DNA of 64,000 nucleotides. Origin: Cyanophyceae cyanobacterium (GTDB taxonomy: Bacteria > Cyanobacteriota > Cyanobacteriia > Cyanobacteriales > Laspinemataceae). The notes below the pieces were generated by a model. The model saw nothing but the letters and a program-made list of their open reading frames with translations, was not told the DNA's origin and searched no databases. A program made the translations under genes and the position numbers. Position 1 is the stretch's first letter, and the number at the start of each line of letters is the position of its first letter. The DNA lies in assembly GCA_038321985.1 (NCBI GenBank), contig JBBQFN010000020.1, positions 1-64,000 on the forward strand. The letters run 5' to 3'. This document shows, one piece after another, positions 31,479-43,358 of the stretch.

Positions 31479-31870
31479 GGATGAAGGTCTGAAAAACCCC
31501 ACCCTCAATCCAGGATGACGCCACACAAACACACAAACAAAGCTTTACGGGGGCGGCGTCAAGATAGGATAGGTCTTTGACAACCCGATTGGGTATAAAG
31601 CATCCAGTCTTCTTCTGTAACCGGAATGGATCCCATATCCTCCCTCTTTAGGTAGATATTTCTCGCCGAGTTTGGATTGGGTCCGACTTTTGATATAAAA
31701 TCCTATCGTAATGTGCCGATCGCTTTCAGGCTTACTGTCTGGGGCGGGGGTGACCCACACTTGCATCGGCGCAGACACCGACTGGGTTTCTGGTGAAGTG
31801 CTTTTGATTCCTGCCGAAAAAAGCACGTTGCAGAGCAACCCTTAACAACACTTTGAGAGAGAATACTACC

Positions 31871-32473
31871 ATGACTTACGAACTTCCCCCTTTACCTTTT
31901 GATTACACCGCCCTTGAACCCCATGTGTCCAAGAGCACCCTGGAGTTCCATCACGACAAACACCATGCCGCCTATGTCAACAACTACAACAACATGGTCA
32001 AAGGGACCGACATGGAGAGCAAATCCATTGAAGAGGTGATCAAAGCCACCTATAATGACTCCTCTAAAGCGGGAATCTTCAACAATGCCGCCCAAGCATG
32101 GAACCACACCTTCTACTGGAACTGCATCAAACCCAGTGGCGGGGGTCAACCCAGCGGAGAACTCGCCGACAAGATTGCGGCTGACTTTGGCAGTTTTGAT
32201 AAATTTAAAGAAGAATTTAAAGCAGCTGCTGCAACCCAGTTTGGTAGCGGTTGGGCCTGGTTAGTATTGGATAAAGGCACCCTGAAGGTTACTAAAACCA
32301 GCAACGCCGAAAATCCAGTGGCAATGGGACTCACTCCCCTGTTAACCATTGATGTTTGGGAACACGCTTATTACCTAGACTACCAAAATAAGCGTCCTGA
32401 CTACATTGAAACCTTCATCAGCAGCTTAATTAACTGGGATTTTGTTGCTGAACAAATGAAAAAAGCCGCTTAA
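31871..32473 (+). CDS. sodB: Fe superoxide dismutase
   Basis: HHDKHH, FNNAAQAWNH (Fe-type AAQ signature), FGSGW and DVWEHAYY. The ATG is at 31871. Confidence 0.95.
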   Translation: MTYELPPLPFDYTALEPHVSKSTLEFHHDKHHAAYVNNYNNMVKGTDMESKSIEEVIKATYNDSSKAGIFNNAAQAWNHTFYWNCIKPSGGGQPSGELADKIAADFGSFDKFKEEFKAAAATQFGSGWAWLVLDKGTLKVTKTSNAENPVAMGLTPLLTIDVWEHAYYLDYQNKRPDYIETFISSLINWDFVAEQMKKAA

Positions 32474-32539
32474 TCCCCGGTTAAATAACCTTGAGTCACT
32501 CAGTAAGAGCGATCGCCCTTGCTAAGCGTACATCCTCGG

Positions 32540-32569
32540 CAGTCACGATCGCCTCGTGACTGTTTTTTT
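32540..32569 (+). terminator. Rho-independent terminator of sodB
   Basis: CAGTCACGA-tcgcc-TCGTGACTG followed by T7. Confidence 0.85.
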
Positions 32570-32806
32570 GTCGTCCATTTCCCCGTTCCGTGCCATCATG
32601 ACTTCATCCTGGGCAACATCTATTTCCTATCCAAATGACCCCAGGTATAAACAGACCATCCAAAACGAACCCTTTTTTCAGGATTCTCCGCCCCTGTAGG
32701 CAACGGATCAATCCTAATTCTATCCCCCCGATTCGGTGGATATCATGGTCAGGATCAGAGTCTAGTGGCCCTTGAACCCCATTCATTGCTTCCTCAGGTC
32801 AGAATT

Positions 32807-34984
32807 ATGACAACGACAAAAAACCCCCAGGAAACGACAACTGAGATTAACTTAAAAGATTCGCAATACTACTTCAACCGAGAATTAAGTTGGGTTGAAT
32901 TTAATTACCGAGTCTTAAATGAAGCCTTGGATCCGCGCACGCCCCTATTAGAACGTCTAAAATTTTTAGCGATTTTTAGTGCTAATTTAGACGAATATTT
33001 CATGGTAAGGATTGCCGGACTTAAACAGCAAGTAGAAGCCCGAGTTTCTTCCCTAACTCCGGATGGGCGCAGCCCCCAACAACAACTAGATGAAGTTGGC
33101 AATCGCCTGCATCCAATGGTGGCCGAACAACATCAGCATTTTGAAAGAATCCTTCGTCCAGAACTCATCGCCTCCGGCATCCAAATTCTGGATTATATGG
33201 ATCTGAATCAGGAACAGCGCAGCTATCTCCAGCAGTATTTTGAAGAAGAAGTTTTCCCAGTTCTCACCCCTTTAGCTGTAGATCCGGGACATCCATTTCC
33301 CTATATTTCTAACCGCAGTCTCAATCTGGCAGTTGTCATTAAAGACCCAGATACTGAGGAGGAATTTTTTGCTCGGGTGAAAGTTCCCAAAGTTTTACCC
33401 CGGTTTGTTCCCATTCCCGAAGCACCCAGAGACATACGCAGCAGCCATGGAGACGGGCAACCTAAAACTTGGACATTTACCCCATTAGAACAGGTAATTG
33501 CTCACAACTTAGAATTCTTGTTTCCCGGGATGAATATTTTGGAATATCACCCGTTTCGAGTAACACGGAACGCGGATATTGCCCTAGAAGAAGATGAAGC
33601 CGATGATTTACTTTTGGCGATCGAACAGGAAATTCGCAAGCGCCGGGTAGGGGGTTCGGTGGTCAGAATGGAAATCCAATCGGATATTCCTTTAGCAGTG
33701 CGCGAGATGCTGCGGGAGGAATTGGGCTTAGTTCATCATGAAGTCTATGAAGTAGAGGGATTGCTGGGGTTAGTGGACTTGATGGGGTTGATGAATTTAC
33801 CCCTTCCCCACCTCAAATATCCGGTCTGGAATCCAGTCGTACCGGCCCCTTTTCGGCGTCTGGGAAAACTCCCATCGGAACCGAATCGGATGGATATGGA
33901 AGAGACGGAAGATTTCTTTGCGTTGATTCGATCGCGCGATTTACTGCTGCATCATCCCTATCATTCTTTTAGTGCGACGGTGCAGCGGTTTATTACCCAG
34001 GCGGCCTACGATCCGGCGGTATTAGCTATTAAAATGACTCTGTACCGGACCTCTGGGGACTCGCCGATTGTGAATGCCTTAATTGCGGCGGCGGAAAATG
34101 GAAAACAGGTGGCAGTTTTAGTGGAGCTCAAAGCTCGCTTTGATGAAGAAAACAATATTTCCTGGGCGCGAAAGTTAGAAAAAGTTGGCGTTCATGTAGT
34201 TTATGGGTTGGTGGGATTAAAAACTCATACTAAAGTGGGGATGGTGGTACGTCGAGAAGCCGATGGCATCCGACGATATGCTCATATTGGAACAGGGAAT
34301 TACAACCCGAAAACTGCCCGACTTTATACGGATTTGGGACTAATTACCTGCCGGGAGGATTTGGGGGCAGATTTGACGGATTTGTTTAATTATTTGACGG
34401 GGTATTCCCGACAGCGGTCCTATCGGAGTCTGTTAGTTGCGCCCGTGAACTTAAGGGAACGGATGACGGCATTGGTGCAGCGGGAAATCGACAATTCCAA
34501 ACAGGGAAAAGTCGGTCGAATTGTTCTGAAAATGAATGCCTTAGTAGACCCGAAAATGATTATCAAGCTCTATGAAGCATCCCGGGCGGGTGTGCAAATT
34601 GATTTGATTGTGCGGGGGATGTGCTGTTTGCGTCCGGGGGTTCCGAATGTGAGTGAAAATATCCGGGTTTTAAGTGTAGTTGGGCGGTTTTTAGAGCATT
34701 CCCGGATTTTTTACTTTTATAATAACGGGGCAGAAGAGGTGTACATTGGCAGTGCCGATTGGATGCCGCGCAACCTGAACCGTCGGGTTGAGGCAATTAT
34801 CCCAGTGCAGGACCCGGATTTGGCAAAGGACCTTCAGGAAATTCTGGGGATTATGTTGGCAGATAACCGACAAGCGTGGGAGTTACAGCCCGATGGGAGT
34901 TATGTACAGAGGCGGGGGGCGAATGATGCGATCGCCCAAAGTGCTCAGAATATTTTGATGGAAATGGCCCTGCAACAAGGGTGA
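32807..34984 (+). CDS. ppk1: Polyphosphate kinase 1
   Basis: YFNRELSW, HPFPYIS, HHPY, ELKARFDEENN, KTHTK and EHSRI motifs. The ATG is at 32807. Confidence 0.97.
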   Translation: MTTTKNPQETTTEINLKDSQYYFNRELSWVEFNYRVLNEALDPRTPLLERLKFLAIFSANLDEYFMVRIAGLKQQVEARVSSLTPDGRSPQQQLDEVGNRLHPMVAEQHQHFERILRPELIASGIQILDYMDLNQEQRSYLQQYFEEEVFPVLTPLAVDPGHPFPYISNRSLNLAVVIKDPDTEEEFFARVKVPKVLPRFVPIPEAPRDIRSSHGDGQPKTWTFTPLEQVIAHNLEFLFPGMNILEYHPFRVTRNADIALEEDEADDLLLAIEQEIRKRRVGGSVVRMEIQSDIPLAVREMLREELGLVHHEVYEVEGLLGLVDLMGLMNLPLPHLKYPVWNPVVPAPFRRLGKLPSEPNRMDMEETEDFFALIRSRDLLLHHPYHSFSATVQRFITQAAYDPAVLAIKMTLYRTSGDSPIVNALIAAAENGKQVAVLVELKARFDEENNISWARKLEKVGVHVVYGLVGLKTHTKVGMVVRREADGIRRYAHIGTGNYNPKTARLYTDLGLITCREDLGADLTDLFNYLTGYSRQRSYRSLLVAPVNLRERMTALVQREIDNSKQGKVGRIVLKMNALVDPKMIIKLYEASRAGVQIDLIVRGMCCLRPGVPNVSENIRVLSVVGRFLEHSRIFYFYNNGAEEVYIGSADWMPRNLNRRVEAIIPVQDPDLAKDLQEILGIMLADNRQAWELQPDGSYVQRRGANDAIAQSAQNILMEMALQQG

Positions 34985-35002
34985 TCCAGTGTGAATCTCA
35001 GG

Positions 35003-35027
35003 GTAGGGGCGCAACTTTTGCGCCCCT
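35003..35027. repeat. GTAG-led REP-like palindrome
   Basis: GT-AGGGGCGCAA-ctt-TTGCGCCCCT between convergent genes. Confidence 0.65.
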
Positions 35028-35068
35028 GGACCGAAACGGTTAGGCGCAGTTTTGCTGCTAACCGATGC

Positions 35069-35251
35069 TTAGGCGATCGGGCGATCTTTAAAGGTGCGGT
35101 TGAATTCATCCAGCAAATCGTCGAGTTCTTCGATCGCCTGATTGACGTCAATTCTAAGCGTCCCTAGGTTGGGTTGCTCTAACAGTCGCACGAGGGTTTC
35201 CCGTTTGTCTGCGATCGCACTCACCTGTTCTCTGAGTTTTTGTTCTTCCAT
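35069..35251 (-). CDS. Small helical hypothetical protein (60 aa)
   Basis: MEEQKLREQV...LLEQPNLGTLRIDVNQAIEELDDLLDEF has the character of a real helical-hairpin protein, with a purine-rich RBS region (AAGGGG). Confidence 0.75.
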   Translation of the reverse strand: MEEQKLREQVSAIADKRETLVRLLEQPNLGTLRIDVNQAIEELDDLLDEFNRTFKDRPIA

Positions 35252-35626
35252 TCTGCCGTCCCCTTGTTTTGGCTACTTTACAGGTAAACCGTTTTCTCGA
35301 TGCCGCTCATTTTAAGCTGCGGCAGCTTCCTTCATTATAAAATCTGCATATATAGGCCAGTCTAAATCAATTGGATGATTCTTGGACCAGCTTTTCCCTA
35401 GGGTAGGGGTTCCCCCTGTCCAGATTGCGGGGCGATCGCAGTTTTATCCCTCTCACCCCCGGAAGCGAAGGGGCCCGGGGTCAAGAAGCCACCCCATTTT
35501 ACCCTCGATTCACAAGGGTAGTCAGGACTGCTCCCAAAACAGGAGGCACAATTGTTGTGGTGCGATCGAGAACAGGAGACAATAGAACTTTACCACTCGG
35601 CAGCGATCGTTCATTCACTCCTTATC

Positions 35627-36172
35627 ATGTTAGCTAAACTTTCTTTGGGAACCCTGGGTTTATCCCTCGGTAGTCTAATCACCGTGGTTGGCTTCTACGC
35701 TTACTTTAACGACTACGCCACCTTAAATCTCGCCGGATTCTTTTATGGCATTCCCCTATTACTCGGTGGATTGGCACTAAAAGCGGCAGAACTCAAGCCG
35801 ATCCCATTCACTCATCCCACTTCCCCCGATGTCCTGGAACTGCGAGAAAAACAAGGGACGGAAATTCAAAATCAAATTCGTAAAGATATCACCCGCTATC
35901 GCTATGGACAAGATGCACATCTTGATGATTCTTTAGAACGCTTTGGCCTAAATCCCTCCGATGAAGCCCGTCCCCTTCTGGTTGGCATCCGCGAAGAGAA
36001 TTTTGAAGGATGCTATACCTTGATTTTAGAATTTGACTCCCCTCAATTTCCTTTAGAAATTTGGCAGCAAAAACAAGAGAAAATCGAAAAGTTTTATGGG
36101 CCGGGCATCTCGGTTAAATGCGAAAATCCCTCAAAAAATCGCATTGAGGTCGCTTTAATTTCTCAGCCTTAG
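35627..36172 (+). CDS. DUF2854 / APE1-like thylakoid membrane protein
   Basis: Two TM helices, LNLAGFFYGIPLLLGGLALKAAELKP and RKDITRYRYGQDAHLD. The ATG is at 35627. Confidence 0.82.
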   Translation: MLAKLSLGTLGLSLGSLITVVGFYAYFNDYATLNLAGFFYGIPLLLGGLALKAAELKPIPFTHPTSPDVLELREKQGTEIQNQIRKDITRYRYGQDAHLDDSLERFGLNPSDEARPLLVGIREENFEGCYTLILEFDSPQFPLEIWQQKQEKIEKFYGPGISVKCENPSKNRIEVALISQP

Positions 36173-36257
36173 ATTTCGGATAACATCGGAAGAGTAGGGA
36201 GCCAAACGCTCCCACTCCTCAAGCCTCTGGCCTAAATCAGTTAAATTTATTTTATAT

Positions 36258-36518
36258 TTATTTTTCCAATCGGACGACATACCATTGAAAAAATTTTCCC
36301 GGGCCTAAATCAAATTCACAGCTCGTTTCTAAAAGATATTGAGCTTGGGCTTCGATTGTCGAGAACTTTTGTAAATCTCGGGGCAAATTATCCTGGCGAT
36401 CGCCTAAAATTGCTTTGAGCTTAGCTAGCAATTCCTCAGCGGTGAGTAATTGTTCCGGTTGATTCACTTCTAAAACAACGAAATGAGTTTCGTCTTGATA
36501 CATTAATGAGTTAGGCAT
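36258..36518 (-). CDS. Chlororespiratory reduction 7 (CRR7)-like NDH-1 assembly factor
   Basis: FVVLE...EQLLTAEEL...LPRDL...SCEFDLGPGKFFQWYVVRLEK. Confidence 0.82.
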   Translation of the reverse strand: MPNSLMYQDETHFVVLEVNQPEQLLTAEELLAKLKAILGDRQDNLPRDLQKFSTIEAQAQYLLETSCEFDLGPGKFFQWYVVRLEK

Positions 36519-37071
36519 CGGGGGATTCTACTGAGTTATTTGGGTGATTTTTTTGGGGATGCAACCCGTCCGGGAGCCGTTTCGAGTCTGGCAAAAAGCA
36601 CTGGACTGGGTTTGTTTTTTCTTATACATCATCCCTGGTATTTTTTAGTTCCTGAGTTTGGACCGCACCCATCTCGGCAGAATTTGGCGTTGCAGTCGTC
36701 ATATTCGAGGAGTGCTCGGCAAGTTCCCTAGAGTTGAGCGCCTTTGGACCAATCCCCAGGGATGAGCGCAGGGATTTCAATGCGATCGCCGTCCCCCTAT
36801 TACACTTTAGCAAAGAATCCGGATTTGCTTGCTTCAATCTCCCCTAATTTCGCTAAAATTATAAAACAATTGTATCAGGGTTCTATCTTCGATTCCTCCA
36901 TTTCAACAAAATAAAATGGAGAACACGGCTCAACGGATTTTACAATCGATCGCTCGCCTTAAAAAAATACAAACAGGTCAGCCCGAGAGAAAGCCGTTCA
37001 ATCAATAGGAAGTAAAAGGCAAGGGGACAAGAGATAGAAATGGAACGCGAGAAAATGGAAAAGGGGGATCA

Positions 37072-40000
37072 ATGCAGAACCAAGTTTTAGGCTTGTTCAC
37101 AGACAGAGCGATCGCCCATCTGTCCGGGGAGAGTATCCTCTCATTTATACCCCACGGGCATTGTTACTTATGGAAGCCCGGGTTAGTGGGGCTTCATGTT
37201 GCCTCTGATGCAATGATTGGCCTTTCCTATTTTGCGATTCCAGTGATGCTGTGGTATTTTACCCGGGAGCGAGACGACCTTCCATTTAGTTGGATTTTTG
37301 TCTTGTTTGGTGCCTTTATCCTCTGTTGTGGCAGCAGCCATTTAATAGAAATCTGGACCCTGTGGCATCCAGATTATTGGTTATCCGGAGGAATCAAAGC
37401 AGTCACTGCCGGAGTCTCCCTCGCCACAGCGATTTTACTGATCCCCCTGATTCCAAAAGCCTTGGCCTTGCCCTCCCCAGAACAGCTAGAGCAAGCGAAT
37501 CAGCAACTCCACAAGGAAATGGCAGAACGGCAGCAAGTCGAAATCGCGTTGCGGGAAAACGCAGCGCTTTTGAGGACTGTCTTTGAGCGATCGGCGATGG
37601 GAATTGCCCTGGTGACTCCAGAAGGAGACATCACTCAAACGAATATGGCCTTGCAACAGATGCTCGCATATAGCGCCGAAGAACTGAGCACCATGACCTT
37701 GAGCGACTTTAGCGAAGACCCGGACGAGACCCAACCGGATCAGGAAAAAGCAGTCGGACAAGAGCGATGGGCCAAGAGCGTCTATGCCCAAAACAAGAAT
37801 TACCTGCGTAAAGATGGAGAAATCCGCACCGCTCAAGTGCTAGTTTCTGAAATTGAGAAAGAGGATGGGAAACCGGCCTTAACTATTTTGATGGTAGAGG
37901 ATATTACGGAGCGAAAACAGCAGGACAAAGCCCTGCGATCGCTGAACTTGGAACTAGAAAAGCGGGTTGCCGAACGAAGCGCACAATGGCAAACGGCTAA
38001 CGAGGAACTACGCGCAGAAATTAACGAACGCAAGCGGATAGAAGCAGCACTCATAGAGAGTACAGCGCACATCCGAACCCTAGTCACCCATGCGCCGGTC
38101 GTCCTCTACGCCACCGATTGCAATGGCCGGATTACCCTATTGGAAGGAAAAGGACAGCCCTCCCTCGGTTTGAACCCCGAAACAGCAGTGGGTGCATCCA
38201 TTTTTGAATGGTACGCCGATGATCCGAGTATTCTCAACCAGATCCATCAGGTGTTGATGGGGAAAGAAGAAAGCTGGACAGGCAATTGGAATGGATTAAT
38301 TTATGAAAATAAATTGACCCCACTCTGGGATGAAGACGGCAACATCATCGGGGCGATCGGGGTAGCCACGGATAGGACCGAACAGGTGCGATCGCAAGAA
38401 GCCCTGCGCCAAAGTGAAGAACTTTATCGCACCCTCACCCGCAATTTTCCCGGGGGTGTCGTCTTCCTCTTAGACCAAAATCAACGGTTTTTACTGGCTG
38501 AAGGGGCTGGTTTAGAAACCGCCGGTTTTTCTAAAACCGTCTTCAAAGGCAAAACCTTAAACGAGGTTTTTTCCTTAGAAGCCCTAACCATCCTAGAGGA
38601 AAGTATTCATGCGGCTGAAACCACCTCAAGCGTCAGAGAAATATCCTGGAATGGCCGGTGGTACGTTACCCATACCGTACCCGTGCGCACGGAAACCAGC
38701 CTACATGACTCCGTGATGGTGGTGGCTCAGGATATCACCGATCGCAAAAGAGCACAAGAGGAACTGGATCGCTTCTTTACCCTCTCCCTAGATATGCTCT
38801 GTATCGCCGGATTCGATGGGTATTTTAAACTGCTTAATCCAGCCTGGGGAAAAATCCTCGGTTACACAGACGAAGAACTACTCTCCCAACCCTTTTTGGC
38901 ATTCGTCCATCCCGACGATTGCGCCGCGACGGTAGCAGAAACCGAGAAACTGAGCAACTTGAACGTTGATACCCTTGGCTTCGAGAACCGCTATCGCTGT
39001 AAAGATGGCTCCTATCGTTGGATCCGCTGGAACGCCACCCCCTTTCGTGAACAAGGATTACTCTACTGTGTCGCCCACGATATTACCGATCGCAAGCAAG
39101 CCGAAGAAGCCCTGCAAGAAAGCGTCGCCCAATTGGAAATCGTCTTTGAAGGGGCGGGGATTGGCATCGCCCTAGCCACGGTGGATGAAGGACGGGTTTT
39201 AAAGAGCAATCCCGCCTTTGAAAAAATGCTGGGCTACAAGGGCGATGAACTTTCTAAAATGACCTTTTCTGAGTTTACCGACCCCGAAGATTTGCCTAAA
39301 GAACTGCCTCTACTTCAGAGGATGTTAGGTGGAGAACTGCCCAATTACGAAATCCAAAAGCGCTTTATTTGCAAAGGCGGCTCAATCATTTGGGTTGATT
39401 TGACGGTTTCCATCGTTCGGGATATTAATGGCAATAATAAATTTGCCGTAGGCATGGTTCAGGATATTACCGAACGCTTCCAAGCGGCCGAAGCCCTCCG
39501 CCAGAGTGAAGAAAAATATCGATCAGTGGTGGATAACATTAAAGAAGTGATTTTCCAAACCGATGCCACAGGTTCCTTGACCTTTCTAAATCCGGCTTGG
39601 GAAGAAATTACCGGATTTGAAATTGATCAGAGCATCGGCACTTCATGGCTGAAGTACATTTATGAACCGGACCTCCCGCCCTTTACCCAATACCTAGAAG
39701 GGTTCATTTCTGGAGAACAACAGAACTGTCAAGATGAGATGCGATACCGAACGAAAGCCGGAGGCTACCGTTGGATTGAGGTATTTGCCCGAGGGAGTCG
39801 GAATCAGGCGGGAGAGTTGATAGGGATTAGTGGCACCCTCAATGATATTACCTTCCGCAAACAGGCTGAGTGGGAAAAGATGCAATTAATTGCTTCTTTA
39901 AAAGAGAGTGAGGCGGCAATTCGGGCGCTTTATTCCGTAACTGCCGATCGCTCTCTAGACTTTGATTCTCGGCTGTCGCGGATGTTAGAAATGGGATGTC

Positions 40001-43000
40001 AGCGGTTTAACTTGGAAATAGGTATGGTCGCTCGTCTGGACAGCCCGATGGAGAGAACAGACGGGATTAATCGGGCTTCTAGCATCGAGGCGATCGCCGT
40101 ACAATTACCCTCTAATGCCTTATTTAGATTGACCAAAGGCGATGCCTTTAAATTAGAACTCACCTATTCCTCCGTTGCCATCCAGAAATCGGAGCCAGTC
40201 TGTATCCACGCTGCCGGTGAATCCGAGTGGCGGGACCATCCGGCCTATAAAACTCGCCAATTAGAAGCCTATCTTGGAGTGCGAGTGATGGTGGGAGGCT
40301 CGGTTTACGGCTGCTTGAGCTTTTCCTCTCCCCAGGCTAAAACTCAATCCTTTAAATCCGCCGATCAAGATTTATTGAAACTGATGGCACAGTGGATCGG
40401 CGGTGAGATCGAGCGGAATCAGGCTCAGATAGCGCTGAAACGGCAACTACATCGCAGTCTGCTCCTGGGGCAGATTAGCCGGGAAATTCGCCAAAGTTTA
40501 GACGCCCAAAAGATTTTTCACACTACCGCCACTCAGATCGGCCAGGCATTTGGGGTGAGTCGTTGTTTGATTCATAGTTACATCCCGACCGACCCCCCGA
40601 AAATGCCCTTAGTTGCGGAGTATTCACAGCTAGGGTATCAATCGATGACGGCCTTTGAAGTGCCAATTGAGGGAAATCCCCATGCGGAACAGGTATTATC
40701 CCACGATGTGGCCCTGGCCATCCCTGATGTCTATAAGGAACCCTTACTCAAGGGGTCTGCGGCGCTCTGCCGGGAAATTGGATTGAAGTCGATGTTGAGC
40801 GTCCGCACCTCCTATCAGGGGGTACCCAATGGGGTGATCGGGATGCATCAGTGCGATCGCTTCCGACGCTGGACCCGCGAGGAAATTGAGTTGTGTGAAG
40901 CCGTCGCGGAACAAGTGGGGATTGCTCTAGCTCACTCCCAACTTTTGGAACAGGAAACCCTCGCCCGTCAGGAAGTGGCTCAAAAAAGCGAAGCGGCTTT
41001 GCAAGCGCGGGAAGCGGCAGAAGCCGCTAACCGTGCTAAAAGTGAATTCCTCGCCACGATGAGCCACGAAATCCGTACCCCCATGAATGCGGTCATTGGG
41101 ATGACAGGGTTGTTACTGGATACGGCGTTGAATGAGGATCAGCGCGATTTTGTAGAAACCATTCGCACCAGTGGTGATGCCCTACTGACGATTATTAATG
41201 ACATCCTGGACTTCTCTAAGATTGAGTCTGGGAAGATGGATTTGGAGGAACACCCCTTTAATCTGCGTACCTGCATTGAGGAATGTCTGGACCTAGTGGC
41301 ATCTAAAGCCGCAGAAAAACATCTAGAACTGGCCTATTTGTTCGATCCTCAAACCCCAGAGGGAATCATCGGCGATGTCACTCGATTACGTCAAATTTTG
41401 GTGAATCTCCTCAGTAATGCGGTCAAATTCACGGAGGAAGGGGAGACGATCGTCTCGATAAATGCGACGTTGGTACAGGATGGCACCTTGGGGAAACCGA
41501 GCAAAGCTGGAACTGAAGCTGATCTGTATCAAATTCACTTTGCAGTCAAAGATACGGGGGTGGGTATTCCCCCCGATCGCATGAATCGACTGTTTAAGTC
41601 ATTTTCTCAGGTGGATTCCTCCACAACGCGCAAATATGGCGGAACGGGTTTAGGTTTAGCGATCGCCAAGCGTCTGAGTGAACTAATGGGCGGTACGATG
41701 TGGGCTGAAAGTCAACCCGGCATGGGTTCAACGTTCCATTTTACAATCCGCGCCCCAGGGACGTCGGAGTTGACTTCGGCGACTCTTGAAGATGAAGTTC
41801 CCCAACTCACAGGCAAGCACCTGCTGATTGTGGATGATAATGCCACCAATCGCCTGATTCTCACCCGACAAGCCCAATCCTGGGGAATGCTGCCCTACGC
41901 AGCAGCTTCGGGTCCCGAAGGGTTGGCGCAGTTGCAACATCCGGATACCCATTTTGACCTAGCTATTCTAGATATGCAGATGCCGGAAATGGACGGGTTG
42001 GCCCTAGCTGCGGCCATCCGTCAGATCCCCCAGGGCGATCGCTTACCGTTGGTTATGTTAACGTCTTTGGGTTGGCAACCGGCTTCTGAGCAGGCTTCTA
42101 AGCTCGATTTTGCCGCGTTTTTGAGTAAGCCGATTAAACAATCCCAACTGTTCGATATTTTGATTGGGATTTTCTCTCGACAATCAAACGGGAATGCTGC
42201 TAGGGTCCGTCGTGATTCATCTTTTCCGCGCCAGTCCACTCCCCCCGTGAGCGATCGCCCCTTAAAGATTCTATTAGCGGAAGATAATGTGGTTAACCAA
42301 AAGGTGGCGTTACGGATTTTAGAGCGCATGGGATATCGTGCAGACCTTGCCAGCAACGGATTGGAGGCGATCGAAGCCCTGAATCGTCAAAGCTACGATG
42401 TCATTCTCATGGACGTTCAAATGCCTGAAATGGATGGCTTAGAAGCAACTCGCCGCATCTGCTTGGAATGGACCCAACGCCGGGATGTTTCCCCAATGGG
42501 ACGCCCTTGGATTATTGCGATGACGGCTAACGCTATGCAGGGCGATCGCGAAGTCTGTCTCGCCGCAGGAATGGATGATTACATCAGTAAACCCATTCGC
42601 ATGGAAGCACTCTCTCTCGCGCTTTCGGGCTGTCACCTGTATTCAGAAGGGGTGACTCACACACAGACATCAAATCGACCTTCCCCCACCCTCGCATCGG
42701 AGTCTGAACCCAGTCCCTTTCCCAGTCCCCCCCACCCTCTCGAAAGCACGCTTCTCGATCCTGAAGCTAGAGTTAATACTCAAGCGTTCAATTCATCGTC
42801 CTCTTCTTTATCTCCCATGTCTAATTCTTCATTCCCCCTCTCTATACCTGAACCTCCCCTTGATGCCCACGCCTTGCAAAACTTACGAGAAATGGTTGGC
42901 GAAGACGATCTAGAAGCGTTTGCTGAAGTCGTTGAGAGTTATCTGGAAGATCTACCGGATTTGTTACAAGCCATTAAAACCTCTGTACAAGATCAAGATG

Positions 43001-43218
43001 CCCCAACCCTGCATCGATCCGCTCACACCCTAAAATCCACCAGTGCCACCCTGGGTGCTAAACCCCTAGCTCAATTGAGTAAACAGCTAGAAAAACTCGG
43101 ACGAACTAGCTCAGAAGAGGGAACTAACTTACCCGCAGAGGCAGTGGAACTGGTGCAATCAATTTACTTGGAATACGAACGCCTCAAGCCTGCCTTAGAA
43201 CATGAGTTGAATCGATAA
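37072..43218 (+). CDS. Hybrid sensor histidine kinase: ETR1-like ethylene-binding TM domain, 6 PAS, 2 GAF, HisKA/HATPase, 2 REC and HPt
   Basis: N-terminal [13 protein letters not shown]...[12 protein letters not shown]...IKAVTA, six PAS/PAC units ending in D(I/R)T, H-box [17 protein letters not shown] domains (LDMQMP, MDVQMP) and HPt AHTLKSTS. Confidence 0.93.
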   Translation: MQNQVLGLFTDRAIAHLSGESILSFIPHGHCYLWKPGLVGLHVASDAMIGLSYFAIPVMLWYFTRERDDLPFSWIFVLFGAFILCCGSSHLIEIWTLWHPDYWLSGGIKAVTAGVSLATAILLIPLIPKALALPSPEQLEQANQQLHKEMAERQQVEIALRENAALLRTVFERSAMGIALVTPEGDITQTNMALQQMLAYSAEELSTMTLSDFSEDPDETQPDQEKAVGQERWAKSVYAQNKNYLRKDGEIRTAQVLVSEIEKEDGKPALTILMVEDITERKQQDKALRSLNLELEKRVAERSAQWQTANEELRAEINERKRIEAALIESTAHIRTLVTHAPVVLYATDCNGRITLLEGKGQPSLGLNPETAVGASIFEWYADDPSILNQIHQVLMGKEESWTGNWNGLIYENKLTPLWDEDGNIIGAIGVATDRTEQVRSQEALRQSEELYRTLTRNFPGGVVFLLDQNQRFLLAEGAGLETAGFSKTVFKGKTLNEVFSLEALTILEESIHAAETTSSVREISWNGRWYVTHTVPVRTETSLHDSVMVVAQDITDRKRAQEELDRFFTLSLDMLCIAGFDGYFKLLNPAWGKILGYTDEELLSQPFLAFVHPDDCAATVAETEKLSNLNVDTLGFENRYRCKDGSYRWIRWNATPFREQGLLYCVAHDITDRKQAEEALQESVAQLEIVFEGAGIGIALATVDEGRVLKSNPAFEKMLGYKGDELSKMTFSEFTDPEDLPKELPLLQRMLGGELPNYEIQKRFICKGGSIIWVDLTVSIVRDINGNNKFAVGMVQDITERFQAAEALRQSEEKYRSVVDNIKEVIFQTDATGSLTFLNPAWEEITGFEIDQSIGTSWLKYIYEPDLPPFTQYLEGFISGEQQNCQDEMRYRTKAGGYRWIEVFARGSRNQAGELIGISGTLNDITFRKQAEWEKMQLIASLKESEAAIRALYSVTADRSLDFDSRLSRMLEMGCQRFNLEIGMVARLDSPMERTDGINRASSIEAIAVQLPSNALFRLTKGDAFKLELTYSSVAIQKSEPVCIHAAGESEWRDHPAYKTRQLEAYLGVRVMVGGSVYGCLSFSSPQAKTQSFKSADQDLLKLMAQWIGGEIERNQAQIALKRQLHRSLLLGQISREIRQSLDAQKIFHTTATQIGQAFGVSRCLIHSYIPTDPPKMPLVAEYSQLGYQSMTAFEVPIEGNPHAEQVLSHDVALAIPDVYKEPLLKGSAALCREIGLKSMLSVRTSYQGVPNGVIGMHQCDRFRRWTREEIELCEAVAEQVGIALAHSQLLEQETLARQEVAQKSEAALQAREAAEAANRAKSEFLATMSHEIRTPMNAVIGMTGLLLDTALNEDQRDFVETIRTSGDALLTIINDILDFSKIESGKMDLEEHPFNLRTCIEECLDLVASKAAEKHLELAYLFDPQTPEGIIGDVTRLRQILVNLLSNAVKFTEEGETIVSINATLVQDGTLGKPSKAGTEADLYQIHFAVKDTGVGIPPDRMNRLFKSFSQVDSSTTRKYGGTGLGLAIAKRLSELMGGTMWAESQPGMGSTFHFTIRAPGTSELTSATLEDEVPQLTGKHLLIVDDNATNRLILTRQAQSWGMLPYAAASGPEGLAQLQHPDTHFDLAILDMQMPEMDGLALAAAIRQIPQGDRLPLVMLTSLGWQPASEQASKLDFAAFLSKPIKQSQLFDILIGIFSRQSNGNAARVRRDSSFPRQSTPPVSDRPLKILLAEDNVVNQKVALRILERMGYRADLASNGLEAIEALNRQSYDVILMDVQMPEMDGLEATRRICLEWTQRRDVSPMGRPWIIAMTANAMQGDREVCLAAGMDDYISKPIRMEALSLALSGCHLYSEGVTHTQTSNRPSPTLASESEPSPFPSPPHPLESTLLDPEARVNTQAFNSSSSSLSPMSNSSFPLSIPEPPLDAHALQNLREMVGEDDLEAFAEVVESYLEDLPDLLQAIKTSVQDQDAPTLHRSAHTLKSTSATLGAKPLAQLSKQLEKLGRTSSEEGTNLPAEAVELVQSIYLEYERLKPALEHELNR

Positions 43219-43358
43219 ATAAAGATGAAGCAGACTCCCATCAAAAGAGGGAAGATGCTGCTATTTACAGAAGTTTGGAGTAACGACTAAAGTCGTTTTA
43301 TCTCCCTCCCTTGAACTGCTATTTTTACCCAATCCTCTCTATCAGAAGTATCAAAACT

